The notes: a model not told the origin generated them from the letters alone. Positions 17,792 through 26,237 are shown, numbered from the stretch's first letter. The stretch: DNA of 30,632 nucleotides from Chthoniobacteraceae bacterium (GCA_041751075.1 JBGSYE010000717.1:1-30632); one strand, 5' to 3'. Translations and numbers: made by a program.

Positions 17792-19540
17792 TTACTTTTG
17801 GACTTGGCGGGAGAGTTCCGATGCGACGAGGCGCAGCGCGTTCCAGGGGAGTGACGCGCCGGGCTTTCCGAGCACGGCGAGATAGACGCTGCCGAGGCGG
17901 TAGATGAGGCAGTGCGCGCCGCGGGTGGTGAAGAGGAGATCGTCCACCTCGCCGAGTTTCATCTCGCCGGCGTATTGATTGAGGCGGGTGAAAATCTGGG
18001 GCAGGAATGCGGAGACGGTCTCGGCGTTCACACCGTCGGGCAGTGCGTGCGCGACTTGGAAGCCTTCCTGCAGCGCGACGACCGCGCCGGCGACTCCGGG
18101 GAGCTTCACCACTGCATTGACGAGCGCTGCGGGAGTCCAATCCTTCTTGCCGGGCTCGCCCAATACGTCACCGACGGACTGCGTGGCTGCCGGTTCGGCG
18201 GGAGTCTCGACAGGAGCGTCCGCCGTGGCAGCGGCAGTGACTGGAGACTCGATCTTCGCATCGCTGGCTTCAGCCGTGGTTTCGGCGGCTTCCGGTGCCT
18301 CGCTGGCTTTCTCCACCGCGGCAGGTTCGCCCGGAGTTTCGACCGGCGCGGGAATCGTGGCGACTTCGTCCGCGGGAGCTTTCACCTCCTCGATGATCGC
18401 GGCGGGAGTCTCTTCCGCTGACTCTGGCTTCGCTTCGATGTGCTCTGCCACGGGAGGCGCTTCAGCGGCCGGCGGTTCAGGCGCGACGAGTGGCGCCGTG
18501 GGTTCGACTTCCGCCTTCCGGCGCGGAGTCCCCCCGGAGAAGAGCGCAGGGATCGTGTCATCGACCGCGACGCTCTTGCGAGGAGCGGACGGAGTCTTCG
18601 TCGAAGCCATGAATGCGGGAGCCACTACCTTCAGCGGCAGCACCAGCGCGGTTTCGGGGTCGATTGCGGTATTGCCTGGAGGCGGCGTGAGCCAGCCGCA
18701 GAGTTGTTTCCAAGTGCAGGAGATTTTTCCCCGGGCAAGTCCCGGCGCGATGAAGCTGTGAGGAATCGTAACGCTTGTCGCTGCGTCGAGTGCCGCGAGT
18801 TCGCTGGTGACCGTCTCGGGCCAGCCGTCGGAGAGCTTCGCGAGCGGCAGGAGCAGCGTTGCTTCGCTGGATGCCGCCTTGGCGGCGATTGGCGCCGGAG
18901 CGGCGGGTTTGGGCGGCTTCGGAGCCGGAGCAGTCTTCGCCGCGGCGAGGTTTAGCTCGCTGGGTGGAGCCACGACGCGCATCGCGCTGGGCGCTTGCTC
19001 CGCCGCGGGCGGCGCATCCTCGCTCGGGGCGGATGCCGCGATGGGCGCGACCGGCTTGGTTTCCTTGCGACTGTTGAAGACGGGGAGTTCGAGTTCTTCG
19101 TCCGCGAGATCGACGTTGCGTTGATCGGTCCTGCGCTTGAGAGCCGTCGGCTTCACATGCTTGAAGACTTCCGCGAGCGGCACCTCGACCATCCGCTTGT
19201 CACCGGCTGGCAGCGGCTTGAAGAGTCCCGGCGGCGCCTGTCGATGGAGCGAGGCGAGCGACATGCGCACGACGCCCGCCGGCAATTGCTTCACGATCGT
19301 CTGAATGGGCAGGACGACCGTGGCGGAGTCGTCGGGAGCACTGATGAGCAGCGCGCGGATGTCCTCGGGAAATTTGGCTACGATGTTTTTGAGCGACAAC
19401 TTCGCGACCTCGACCTTGGCCATCTGGATCGCCGATTCGAACTGCATCTGCGCTGGCGAAGGCGCGGATGGAGAGGGGGCCAGTGGGCCATCCGTTTTTT
19501 TCGCGGTCTTGCCGAAGATTTTTTTGAAGAGGGTAAGCAT
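17792..19540 (-). CDS. 582-aa multidomain protein: amphipathic N-terminus, two copies of an unrecognised ~105-aa domain, Pro/Ala/Glu linkers, C-terminal roadblock/LC7 domain
   Basis: Start MLTLFKKIFGK. C-terminal LPGVAGAVVALQEGFQVA...AFLPQIF...MKLGEVDDLLF...YLAVL is a roadblock pattern. Stop is 11 nt before mglA. Confidence 0.85.
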   Translation of the reverse strand: MLTLFKKIFGKTAKKTDGPLAPSPSAPSPAQMQFESAIQMAKVEVAKLSLKNIVAKFPEDIRALLISAPDDSATVVLPIQTIVKQLPAGVVRMSLASLHRQAPPGLFKPLPAGDKRMVEVPLAEVFKHVKPTALKRRTDQRNVDLADEELELPVFNSRKETKPVAPIAASAPSEDAPPAAEQAPSAMRVVAPPSELNLAAAKTAPAPKPPKPAAPAPIAAKAASSEATLLLPLAKLSDGWPETVTSELAALDAATSVTIPHSFIAPGLARGKISCTWKQLCGWLTPPPGNTAIDPETALVLPLKVVAPAFMASTKTPSAPRKSVAVDDTIPALFSGGTPRRKAEVEPTAPLVAPEPPAAEAPPVAEHIEAKPESAEETPAAIIEEVKAPADEVATIPAPVETPGEPAAVEKASEAPEAAETTAEASDAKIESPVTAAATADAPVETPAEPAATQSVGDVLGEPGKKDWTPAALVNAVVKLPGVAGAVVALQEGFQVAHALPDGVNAETVSAFLPQIFTRLNQYAGEMKLGEVDDLLFTTRGAHCLIYRLGSVYLAVLGKPGASLPWNALRLVASELSRQVQK

Positions 19541-19566
19541 GCGGTCGCGGTTTGAGCGCCGTGACA

Positions 19567-19582
19567 AGCAGTCGCGATGCCA
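19567..19582 (-). promoter_or_regulatory. Candidate sigma54 promoter of the roadblock-protein/mglA/mglB operon
   Basis: The minus strand reads TGGCATCGCGACTGCT (GG-N10-GC), ending 27 nt before ATG 19540. Confidence 0.45.
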
Positions 19583-19715
19583 TTGCGGTGCCGGCGGATT
19601 TTCTCCCGGCAGATCCTGCCGCTGGCCTGTGTCGTGCTTTTGCGGTGGAGGCGTTCCCGATCGTCGGAAATGCCGAACCGTCCGCAAACCCTCTCGGAAT
19701 CAAGATTCACAGCCC

Positions 19716-20771
19716 ATGCCAGCCCGCCACAAAATCCTGATCCTCGACGATGAACACGACATCCTCGAGATCTACCAGGAGATCCTCGCCCGCATCCCGA
19801 GCCAGCCGGAGATCCACACGGCGGACTCCGGCCCACGGGCGCTGGCGCTACTCGAGAGCGAGGCTTTCAATCTCCTGCTCGTCGATCTGCGGATGCCGGC
19901 GATGGATGGCTTTCAGGTACTCACGATCGTCCGCCGCCGGTTCCCCACGCTGCGCGTGGTGGTGATGACCTCGGCGCAGGACGAGCAATTCCGCGCCCGG
20001 GCCTATGCGATGGGCATCGACCTGTACATGGAGAAGCCGAAGACGGGGAAGGAGATCATCAACTTCGTCGATTGCATCGAGTCGATGCTCGAGCGGGAAG
20101 TGCATGGCGGCTTCCGCGGCGTGCAGAGCAAGACGCTCATGGACATCATCCAGCTCGAGTGCCTCACGCAGAGCTCGTCGATGTTGAAGATCGCGAGCGG
20201 ACCGGGTGAAGGGTGCATCTGGTTTCAAAAGGGCGAGATCATCGACGCGGCGACCGGCGAAGTGATGGGGCGCGAGGCCTTCCTCGAGATGCTGCGCTGG
20301 AAATCCGGTTCCTTCGAGATTCTGCCCTGCGACATGCCGCGGCCCCGGACGATCTTTGTGAGCTACGAGAGCCTGCTCATGGAGACGGCACAGACCATCG
20401 ACGAGAGCACCGCCGAGGAGCCGGCCGCCGGCGAAGGCGACACGAGTCCGCTGGCGGGCTTCTCACGGTACAAAGGCGTGCAGTTCGTCGTCGCGGTGCA
20501 GAGCGGCGAGGAGATGAAATTCGACCACTGGGCTGCGGAGTATCCCGAACGCACCGCTGCGTGGATCCGCGACACCACGCAGACCTTTCAGGCGCTCGGC
20601 GACCGGCTCGAAGCCGGGCAACTCGAGATGATCGAAGCTATCGGCACGCAGCGCCACGTCGGACTCCTCTGCGATGGTGAAAACGCCCTGGGCATCGGCT
20701 TCACCCGATCGGCCACCCTCACCCACATCCGCGAAACCATGAAGCAAATCGAAGCCAAATGGGCCTCCTGA
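19716..20771 (+). CDS. Response regulator: REC + DUF4388 (PatA_N-like) + C-terminal roadblock-like domain
   Basis: ILILDDE, D57 (VDLRMP), T85, K107 (EKP); GFRGVQSKTLMDIIQL...G.IWFQKGEIIDA..GE..GREAF.EML.W..GSF (DUF4388); tail KGVQFVVAV...LGDRLEAGQLEMIE. Confidence 0.88.
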   Translation: MPARHKILILDDEHDILEIYQEILARIPSQPEIHTADSGPRALALLESEAFNLLLVDLRMPAMDGFQVLTIVRRRFPTLRVVVMTSAQDEQFRARAYAMGIDLYMEKPKTGKEIINFVDCIESMLEREVHGGFRGVQSKTLMDIIQLECLTQSSSMLKIASGPGEGCIWFQKGEIIDAATGEVMGREAFLEMLRWKSGSFEILPCDMPRPRTIFVSYESLLMETAQTIDESTAEEPAAGEGDTSPLAGFSRYKGVQFVVAVQSGEEMKFDHWAAEYPERTAAWIRDTTQTFQALGDRLEAGQLEMIEAIGTQRHVGLLCDGENALGIGFTRSATLTHIRETMKQIEAKWAS

Positions 20772-21475
20772 AACCACTCGCCCGCTCGACTCCGCAGCCC
20801 GTGAAGATTGAGCGCCTGCCGAGCGGTTGCTTTACCATGCACCGCGGCGGCACCGTCACCGCCTCGACCCTGCCCTCGACCTTTCCGCAGCAGAAGATGA
20901 TCGAGATCGGCCGCGCGGTGCTCACCGCGTTCAAGGATGCCGCGGAGATCGATCTCCCGCTCTCCGATCTCCACATCCACTACAGCGGCATGCTCGTCAC
21001 CGCCCGCGAACTGCGCGGCGGCGCCCTCATCTTCATCCAGCCCGTCACACTCCAGCTCCCATCCACCCTCAAGCCTCCATCCATGCACTACAAGAACCTC
21101 GATGAATTCGTCCTGCATCTCGAGAACTACATCGAGTGCTGGAAGCAATTCAACCATTACGTCGGACTCGCCCGGGAAAAGAAACACACGCGCGACGACG
21201 AGGCGCAGTTCCTGGAGGTGAAGAGCATCATCGCCCAGGGGCTCGAGGCGATCAGCGTTTCGGTCGAAAAGGGTGGGCCGCGCAAGGAGGAGGTTCACAC
21301 CCTCTTTGCCAACGCGCCAAGCCTCCGCCACCTCGCCGAGGTCGATGAGGCCATGTCCACCGTGGAGTCGCAGTGGCACAAGGTCTATCTCACGCTCCAG
21401 TCCCTGCTCGGGCAGCTCAAAGTGCAGCAGAGCAAGTCGGACCGCGGCGGCTGGAACCTTTTCGCGAAGCGGTAG
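20759..21475 (+). CDS. Hypothetical two-domain protein (roadblock/profilin-like N-half, helical C-half); possibly a fusion of two genes
   Basis: Overlaps the regulator's 3' end by 13 nt; protein-like composition throughout; internal ATG 21083 (MHYKNLDEF) in a C/T-rich start-like context; ends GGWNLFAKR. Confidence 0.75.
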   Translation: MGLLKPLARSTPQPVKIERLPSGCFTMHRGGTVTASTLPSTFPQQKMIEIGRAVLTAFKDAAEIDLPLSDLHIHYSGMLVTARELRGGALIFIQPVTLQLPSTLKPPSMHYKNLDEFVLHLENYIECWKQFNHYVGLAREKKHTRDDEAQFLEVKSIIAQGLEAISVSVEKGGPRKEEVHTLFANAPSLRHLAEVDEAMSTVESQWHKVYLTLQSLLGQLKVQQSKSDRGGWNLFAKR

Positions 21476-21487
21476 AACAGCACCCCT

Positions 21488-21611
21488 GTAGCGGCGGTCT
21501 ATGACCGTCGCAAACTTTCGCGGGCGAAGGCGGCGCGGAACTGCCAAGCGCGCTGACGCTCCGCGCCTCCCCCGCCCACGGATGCGAGCGACGATCATAG
21601 ACCGACGCTAC
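21488..21611. repeat. REP doublet, family B (GTAG-tagged)
   Basis: GTAGCGGCGGTCTATGACCGTCGC versus right-arm reverse complement GTAGCGTCGGTCTATGATCGTCGC (2 mismatches in 24). Confidence 0.9.
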
Positions 21612-21669
21612 CATCACGGGCGAAGTCGATGCTTGGTTCGCCGTGGGCTCGCTGCTTCACTGCGCGGCC

Positions 21670-23205
21670 ATGTCCAAAAAACCTGTTGTCCTGATCATCC
21701 GCGATGGGTGGGGGATCAATCCCGGAGGCGACGCCAAAGCGGAGGAGAACGGCGACGCCACCCTGCTCGCGCGCACACTCTTTCACGATTCCCTTTACGC
21801 GACCTATCCGCAGTCCACGCTGAGCGCGAGCGGCAGGGAGGTGGGCCTGCCCGGAGGCCAGATGGGCAACAGCGAGGTCGGCCATCTCAATCTCGGCGCG
21901 GGGCGGATCGTCTATCAGGATCTGACGCGCATCAACAAGGCGATCGAAGACGGGGAACTCGCGACGAATGCTGTGCTGCAAGAGACCTTCGGGCACGCCC
22001 GCGGGCGGCGATTGCACTTCATCGGGCTGGTCTCGGATGGCGGCGTCCACTCGCATCAGGATCATCTCGTCGCGCTCGCCGAGGCGGCGAAAGCAGCGGG
22101 CGTCGAGGACATCATGGTGCATGCGATCACCGACGGCCGGGATACTTCGCCGACGGGCGGTGCGGACTATCTCACCAAGCTCAGCGCCGACCTGGCGCCG
22201 AGCGGCGCGGTCGTCGCTACGGTCATCGGGCGCTACTACGCGATGGATCGCGACAAGCGCGGGGAGCGCACCAAGCTCGCCTGGGATGCCATCGTCCTCG
22301 GGCGCGGCACCGTGTCTTCGCAGTCGCCGGGCGAGGCGGTGCGCGCGGCCTACGCCACCGATCCGCGCGGGGATGAATTCCTCCAGCCGCTGATCTTCGC
22401 GCACGCCAAAGAACTCCGCGTCCGTCAGGCGGATGTCGTCCTTTTCTTCAACTTCCGAGCCGACCGCGCGCGGCAGCTTTCCGTCGCGTTCATCCGCGCG
22501 GACTGGCCGGGCTTTGAGCGCGAAAATCTGCCGCGCGTGCATTTCGTGACGCTCACGGAATACGACGAGACCTACGGCGTGCCCGTGGTCTTCGGCCCGC
22601 AATCGCTCAAGAACATCCTCGGCGAAGTCGTCAGCGCCGCCGGGTGCAAGCAGCTCCGGATCGCCGAGACGGAGAAATACCCGCACGTCACCTTCTTCTT
22701 CAACGGCGGCATTGAGCAGCCCGTTGCCGGCGAAGACCGCATCATCGTGCAGTCGCCGAAGGACGTGCCGACTTACGACTTCAAGCCGCAGATGAGTGCG
22801 CCGGAAGTGACGGAGAAAGTCGTCGCCGCGCTGCCCGATTACGATCTCGTGATCCTCAATTTCGCGAATCCGGACATGGTCGGCCACACCGGCGTCGTCG
22901 AGGCGGGGATCAAAGCCGTAGAGACCATCGACGATTGTGTCCGGCAGGTCGTCGAACGGACCCTTTCGCTCGGCGGAAAACTGCTGATCACCGCCGATCA
23001 CGGAAACTGCGAGCAGATGCGCAACCCCGACGGCTCACCGAACACCGCGCACACGACGAACCTCGTCCACTTCCTCTACGTCGCCGACGATGCCGCGCAG
23101 CACACGCTCGAGAGCGGCATCCTCGCAGACGTCGCCCCGACGCTGCTGCATCTCCTCGCCATCCCGCAGCCAGCAGAGATGACGGGTCGCTGCCTCTTGA
23201 AGTGA
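21670..23205 (+). CDS. gpmI: 2,3-bisphosphoglycerate-independent phosphoglycerate mutase
   Basis: PVVLIIRDGWG, GQMGNSEVGHLNLGAGR (catalytic Ser), SDGGVHSH, GRYYAMDRD, FNFRADRAR, AETEKYPHVTFFFNGG, NFANPDMVGHTG, ADHGN. Confidence 0.98.
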   Translation: MSKKPVVLIIRDGWGINPGGDAKAEENGDATLLARTLFHDSLYATYPQSTLSASGREVGLPGGQMGNSEVGHLNLGAGRIVYQDLTRINKAIEDGELATNAVLQETFGHARGRRLHFIGLVSDGGVHSHQDHLVALAEAAKAAGVEDIMVHAITDGRDTSPTGGADYLTKLSADLAPSGAVVATVIGRYYAMDRDKRGERTKLAWDAIVLGRGTVSSQSPGEAVRAAYATDPRGDEFLQPLIFAHAKELRVRQADVVLFFNFRADRARQLSVAFIRADWPGFERENLPRVHFVTLTEYDETYGVPVVFGPQSLKNILGEVVSAAGCKQLRIAETEKYPHVTFFFNGGIEQPVAGEDRIIVQSPKDVPTYDFKPQMSAPEVTEKVVAALPDYDLVILNFANPDMVGHTGVVEAGIKAVETIDDCVRQVVERTLSLGGKLLITADHGNCEQMRNPDGSPNTAHTTNLVHFLYVADDAAQHTLESGILADVAPTLLHLLAIPQPAEMTGRCLLK

Positions 23206-23216
23206 GCCCGGTGCGA

Positions 23217-23343
23217 CCTGGAGGGACATGCCCCGTCATGTCCCAAACTTCTGCGGGCGGAGGCGGTGCGGAGCGATCTACGCCTGGCTCCACGCCACCT
23301 TCGCCCACTTGATCACGGACACGACGGAGCGTGTCCCTCCAGG
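23217..23343. repeat. REP doublet, family C (GGAG-tagged)
   Basis: CCTGGAGGGACATGCCCCGTCATGTCC versus right-arm reverse complement CCTGGAGGGACACGCTCCGTCGTGTCC; compensatory stem change. Confidence 0.88.
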
Positions 23344-24384
23344 CTACCTCCGCAGATCCTTCTTGCAGCTCTCGTCCGGCGGAGTCACCTCGCCGACCTG
23401 CTCGACGGGATGCGTGAAGAGATACCGCCACACCGCTTCGTGCAGGAACTCGCCGGCGGCATTCTTTACCGCTGCCTTCCCGGGAGTCACGGAGCTGTGC
23501 GCGCGCTTCGCGTCGTTCTTCACGTCGGCGTTGGTGATCAGCCGGCGGGTATTGGCGAAAGGCGGCGCGCTGCGATCCACGTTCACGATCGGGCCGAAGC
23601 GGTGCAGGCCCAGCAACTCCCACGAGCGGCAGTAATGGTCGCCAGACCAGCCGCTATCCAGCACATGGCTGAAGCCGAAGTAGCGGTTCTCCGGGGTCGC
23701 CGAGGGCAGGCCCTGCCACGTCTCATACTGATCGCGCGGCCCGCAAAACATCACCACACGATCCACGCGCTGATGCTTGGCAAAGCGCGCCGCAGTCGTC
23801 GATCCATGCGAACTCCCGGCCATGATCACCCGCTCCCAGCGCAGCCCGGACCCGTCGGCGGTGAGAAAACACTCCCAGCGTCCCTGCGGATTCTCCTTCG
23901 CCAGCCATTTCACAAACTGCAACGCGCGCTCCATCATCCCATCGGGCTCGGGAATCACGACCGCGTCGCTGAAGTCTTCGCCCATCGCCGCTTCGAGCCG
24001 GATTTTCCCGAGGAACTTGTCATCCGCCGGTGGCGGCTCCTTGCCAAACTTGCCGAACCAGCCATTGGCGTAATGCACCCGGATGATGTGCATCCCGTAG
24101 CTGTTCACGCGCTCAAAGAGCGGTGCGCTGTGCCCCATGAGCCAGATCACCAGCCGCCCCTGCGGCGCCACCCGCGTGTCCACTGATGCGTTCTCCGTGT
24201 CCTGCGGTTTGCCGTCCTTTTCAAAAAGGAAGTCGATCGCCGGATGCGGACGAGCACGCGAGTCGATCTCGCTGGCGCGGGCGCTCAGCTCATACCGCTG
24301 TGGAGAGGGATCCGAGAAAGTCAGCGGCACATCGGCGGCGAGCGCTGCGAGCGGAGCGAGGAGGAGGAACAGGCAGGGTTTCAT
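23344..24384 (-). CDS. Exported BPSS1187-like alpha/beta-hydrolase-fold protein
   Basis: Signal peptide; nucleophile elbow GSSHG, RVVMFCGPRD, H..D and C-terminal AHSSV; LVIWLMG and KIRLEA segments recalled from BPSS1187-family proteins. Confidence 0.75.
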   Translation of the reverse strand: MKPCLFLLLAPLAALAADVPLTFSDPSPQRYELSARASEIDSRARPHPAIDFLFEKDGKPQDTENASVDTRVAPQGRLVIWLMGHSAPLFERVNSYGMHIIRVHYANGWFGKFGKEPPPADDKFLGKIRLEAAMGEDFSDAVVIPEPDGMMERALQFVKWLAKENPQGRWECFLTADGSGLRWERVIMAGSSHGSTTAARFAKHQRVDRVVMFCGPRDQYETWQGLPSATPENRYFGFSHVLDSGWSGDHYCRSWELLGLHRFGPIVNVDRSAPPFANTRRLITNADVKNDAKRAHSSVTPGKAAVKNAAGEFLHEAVWRYLFTHPVEQVGEVTPPDESCKKDLRR

Positions 24385-24391
24385 AGAATGA

Positions 24392-24904
24392 TCAGGTCGT
24401 GAATATGGTTTCCAACTGGCGGAGGTAATCCGGCGCCGCCGCGTCGCCCTCGTCCGGCGCCCAGGCGGCGAAGGTTTTGTCCCGGCCTTGGTCGTAAGGG
24501 CCGCGCTTGATTTCTAATACCACGGTGTCTTCCGCCAGCGGCACGAGCGTGTGCCAGACGCCGGGCTCGATATCCACGAGGCACGCGCCCGGATCGCCCG
24601 CCACGAGCCGGTGCGCCGACTGCACGTCGCCGGTCGGTGCGAAGACGAGAAAGCCGACCGAGCCCTTCAGGACCGCGACCGTCTCGATATTCTCCGGCGC
24701 GGCGTGGCAGTGCGGTTGTGCGTAGCTGCCGCGCTGCATGAAATTCAGCAGCCGCTGCACTCCTTCGGCATCGGAGCGATGCACCTGCATCATGATCCGC
24801 CGGCGGGCACTTTCCTTCGCGGCGCTGGTGCCGCGTGCAATGGCCGTCCCATCGAGCGCAAAGGCCGGACCCTCGGCTCTGGGCAGATTTGGCGGGTGAC
24901 TCAT
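24392..24904 (-). CDS. WbuC-family cupin-fold metalloprotein
   Basis: A..S.RRR, VQRLLN.MQRGSYAQPHCH, ET..VLKG, DIEPGVWHTLV, VLEIKRGPY. Start ATG 24904. Confidence 0.88.
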   Translation of the reverse strand: MSHPPNLPRAEGPAFALDGTAIARGTSAAKESARRRIMMQVHRSDAEGVQRLLNFMQRGSYAQPHCHAAPENIETVAVLKGSVGFLVFAPTGDVQSAHRLVAGDPGACLVDIEPGVWHTLVPLAEDTVVLEIKRGPYDQGRDKTFAAWAPDEGDAAAPDYLRQLETIFTT

Positions 24905-25573
24905 GGCATCACTTTGCGCCAGCGATGCCGGCCCAGGCGAGTCCTCTTGTTGCGTCTCCGTGCTGGCTACAGGATCGGCTTGTCGCGGTGTCGCGGAGCG
25001 AAGACGAGCAGCGTGCTGATGCACGCGTGGGCAACCGCATTGAATGACGCTCCGATTTTTCGCTGCGACCGCAGGTCTCCGCGTTTTTGTCGCCGCCCTG
25101 GTCTGCCGTCCGGGTGCTGGGGTTTGGCTGCCTGGTTGCGCTCGGCTTTTCTCTCCTTGCTGGCAGGCCGATCTTCGCTGCGGAAAGACCATCGAAACGA
25201 GTCGTCGCAGATCGCGGAGGCTCACGCGCGCCTGCGGTTTGAAAGCGGGACAATGCTCGCCGGCGACGGACCGGACCACACGCTCAGCAGCGAAGTCCTG
25301 CCCACAGTGCCGGATGAGGGCCTCTATATTTCCACGAGCCCTCCAGATCAGGCCCGCATCGCCCCACCCTGGAGCGCCCTTCGCGCGCACCCACGCGGAG
25401 GGCGGCAGAAATGTCTTGCCGATTCCCCAAAAAACACCCATCCACCCCCACTACCCCACACGATGCAGCGTTTGTCCCCGGGGTTGTGCGTGAATACTTC
25501 GGTATGTTGCCACACTTCGGGTGACACCCCTGCAACCCAACCCTAAAACCTCATCCACAGAAAGACCCCGTAC

Positions 25574-26170
25574 ATGAAAAGAACCATTGCCATCCTCACC
25601 CTCTGCACCGCCTTCACCGCTGCGTCCGCCACCGCGGGCGAGACCGTCATGCACGACTCGAAGCATACCGTCACCCCGATGGTTACCCCCTGCTTCGCGG
25701 ACCGCGAATGGCAGCTCGACCTCTTCGGCGCCTATGCCTTCTCCACTCCCGGCCAGGATAACCTCTTCGGCGACCACGCCTGGGGCGGCGGCCTCGGCGT
25801 CAATTACTTCTTCACCCGCCATATCGGCCTCGGTGTCGAAGGCACTCTGCTCGACCAGCGCCACGGCGGAGACGTCCTCGGCCAGGCCGGCCTGAACCTC
25901 TTCGTCCGCTTCCCGATCGACGATCACTGCTTGGCACCCTACATCTTCATCGGCGGCGGCGCAGTCTTCAATGCCGAAGACATCGACGTCGAAGACTTCG
26001 ATAATGACGGCGGCAGCGACGACGCCCTGTGGGAAGCCCACGCCGGAATCGGTCTCGAATATCGCTTCAGCCCGCGCTGCGGCCTCTTTGTCGATGGCCG
26101 TTTCACCGTGGTCGAAAAGAACGATAACAACTTTGCGACCGTCCGCACCGGTCTCCGGCTGTCGTTCTAA
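25574..26170 (+). CDS. Outer-membrane beta-barrel protein
   Basis: Signal peptide; alternating amphipathic strands (WGGGLGVNYFF, GLNLFVRFP, APYIFIGGG, GIGLEYRF); C-terminal RLSF BAM signal. Confidence 0.9.
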   Translation: MKRTIAILTLCTAFTAASATAGETVMHDSKHTVTPMVTPCFADREWQLDLFGAYAFSTPGQDNLFGDHAWGGGLGVNYFFTRHIGLGVEGTLLDQRHGGDVLGQAGLNLFVRFPIDDHCLAPYIFIGGGAVFNAEDIDVEDFDNDGGSDDALWEAHAGIGLEYRFSPRCGLFVDGRFTVVEKNDNNFATVRTGLRLSF

Positions 26171-26198
26171 GACACGACGAGTTCCACACTTGGTTGGT

Positions 26199-26237
26199 GA
26201 ACGCCGGGGCCGCGAGGCTCCGGCGTTCTCCTTTCTC
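26199..26237 (+). terminator. Probable intrinsic terminator of the OMP gene
   Basis: 13-bp stem GAACGCCGGGGCC / GGCTCCGGCGTTC with a GCGA (GNRA) loop, followed by TCCTTTCTC, 29 nt after the stop. Confidence 0.65.

Noticed and set aside
14487-17885. 1132-aa plus-strand ORF
   Set aside because: Antisense shadow of DUF4142, gatB, mglB and mglA; long stop-free shadow frames are common in GC-rich DNA, and it has no motifs.
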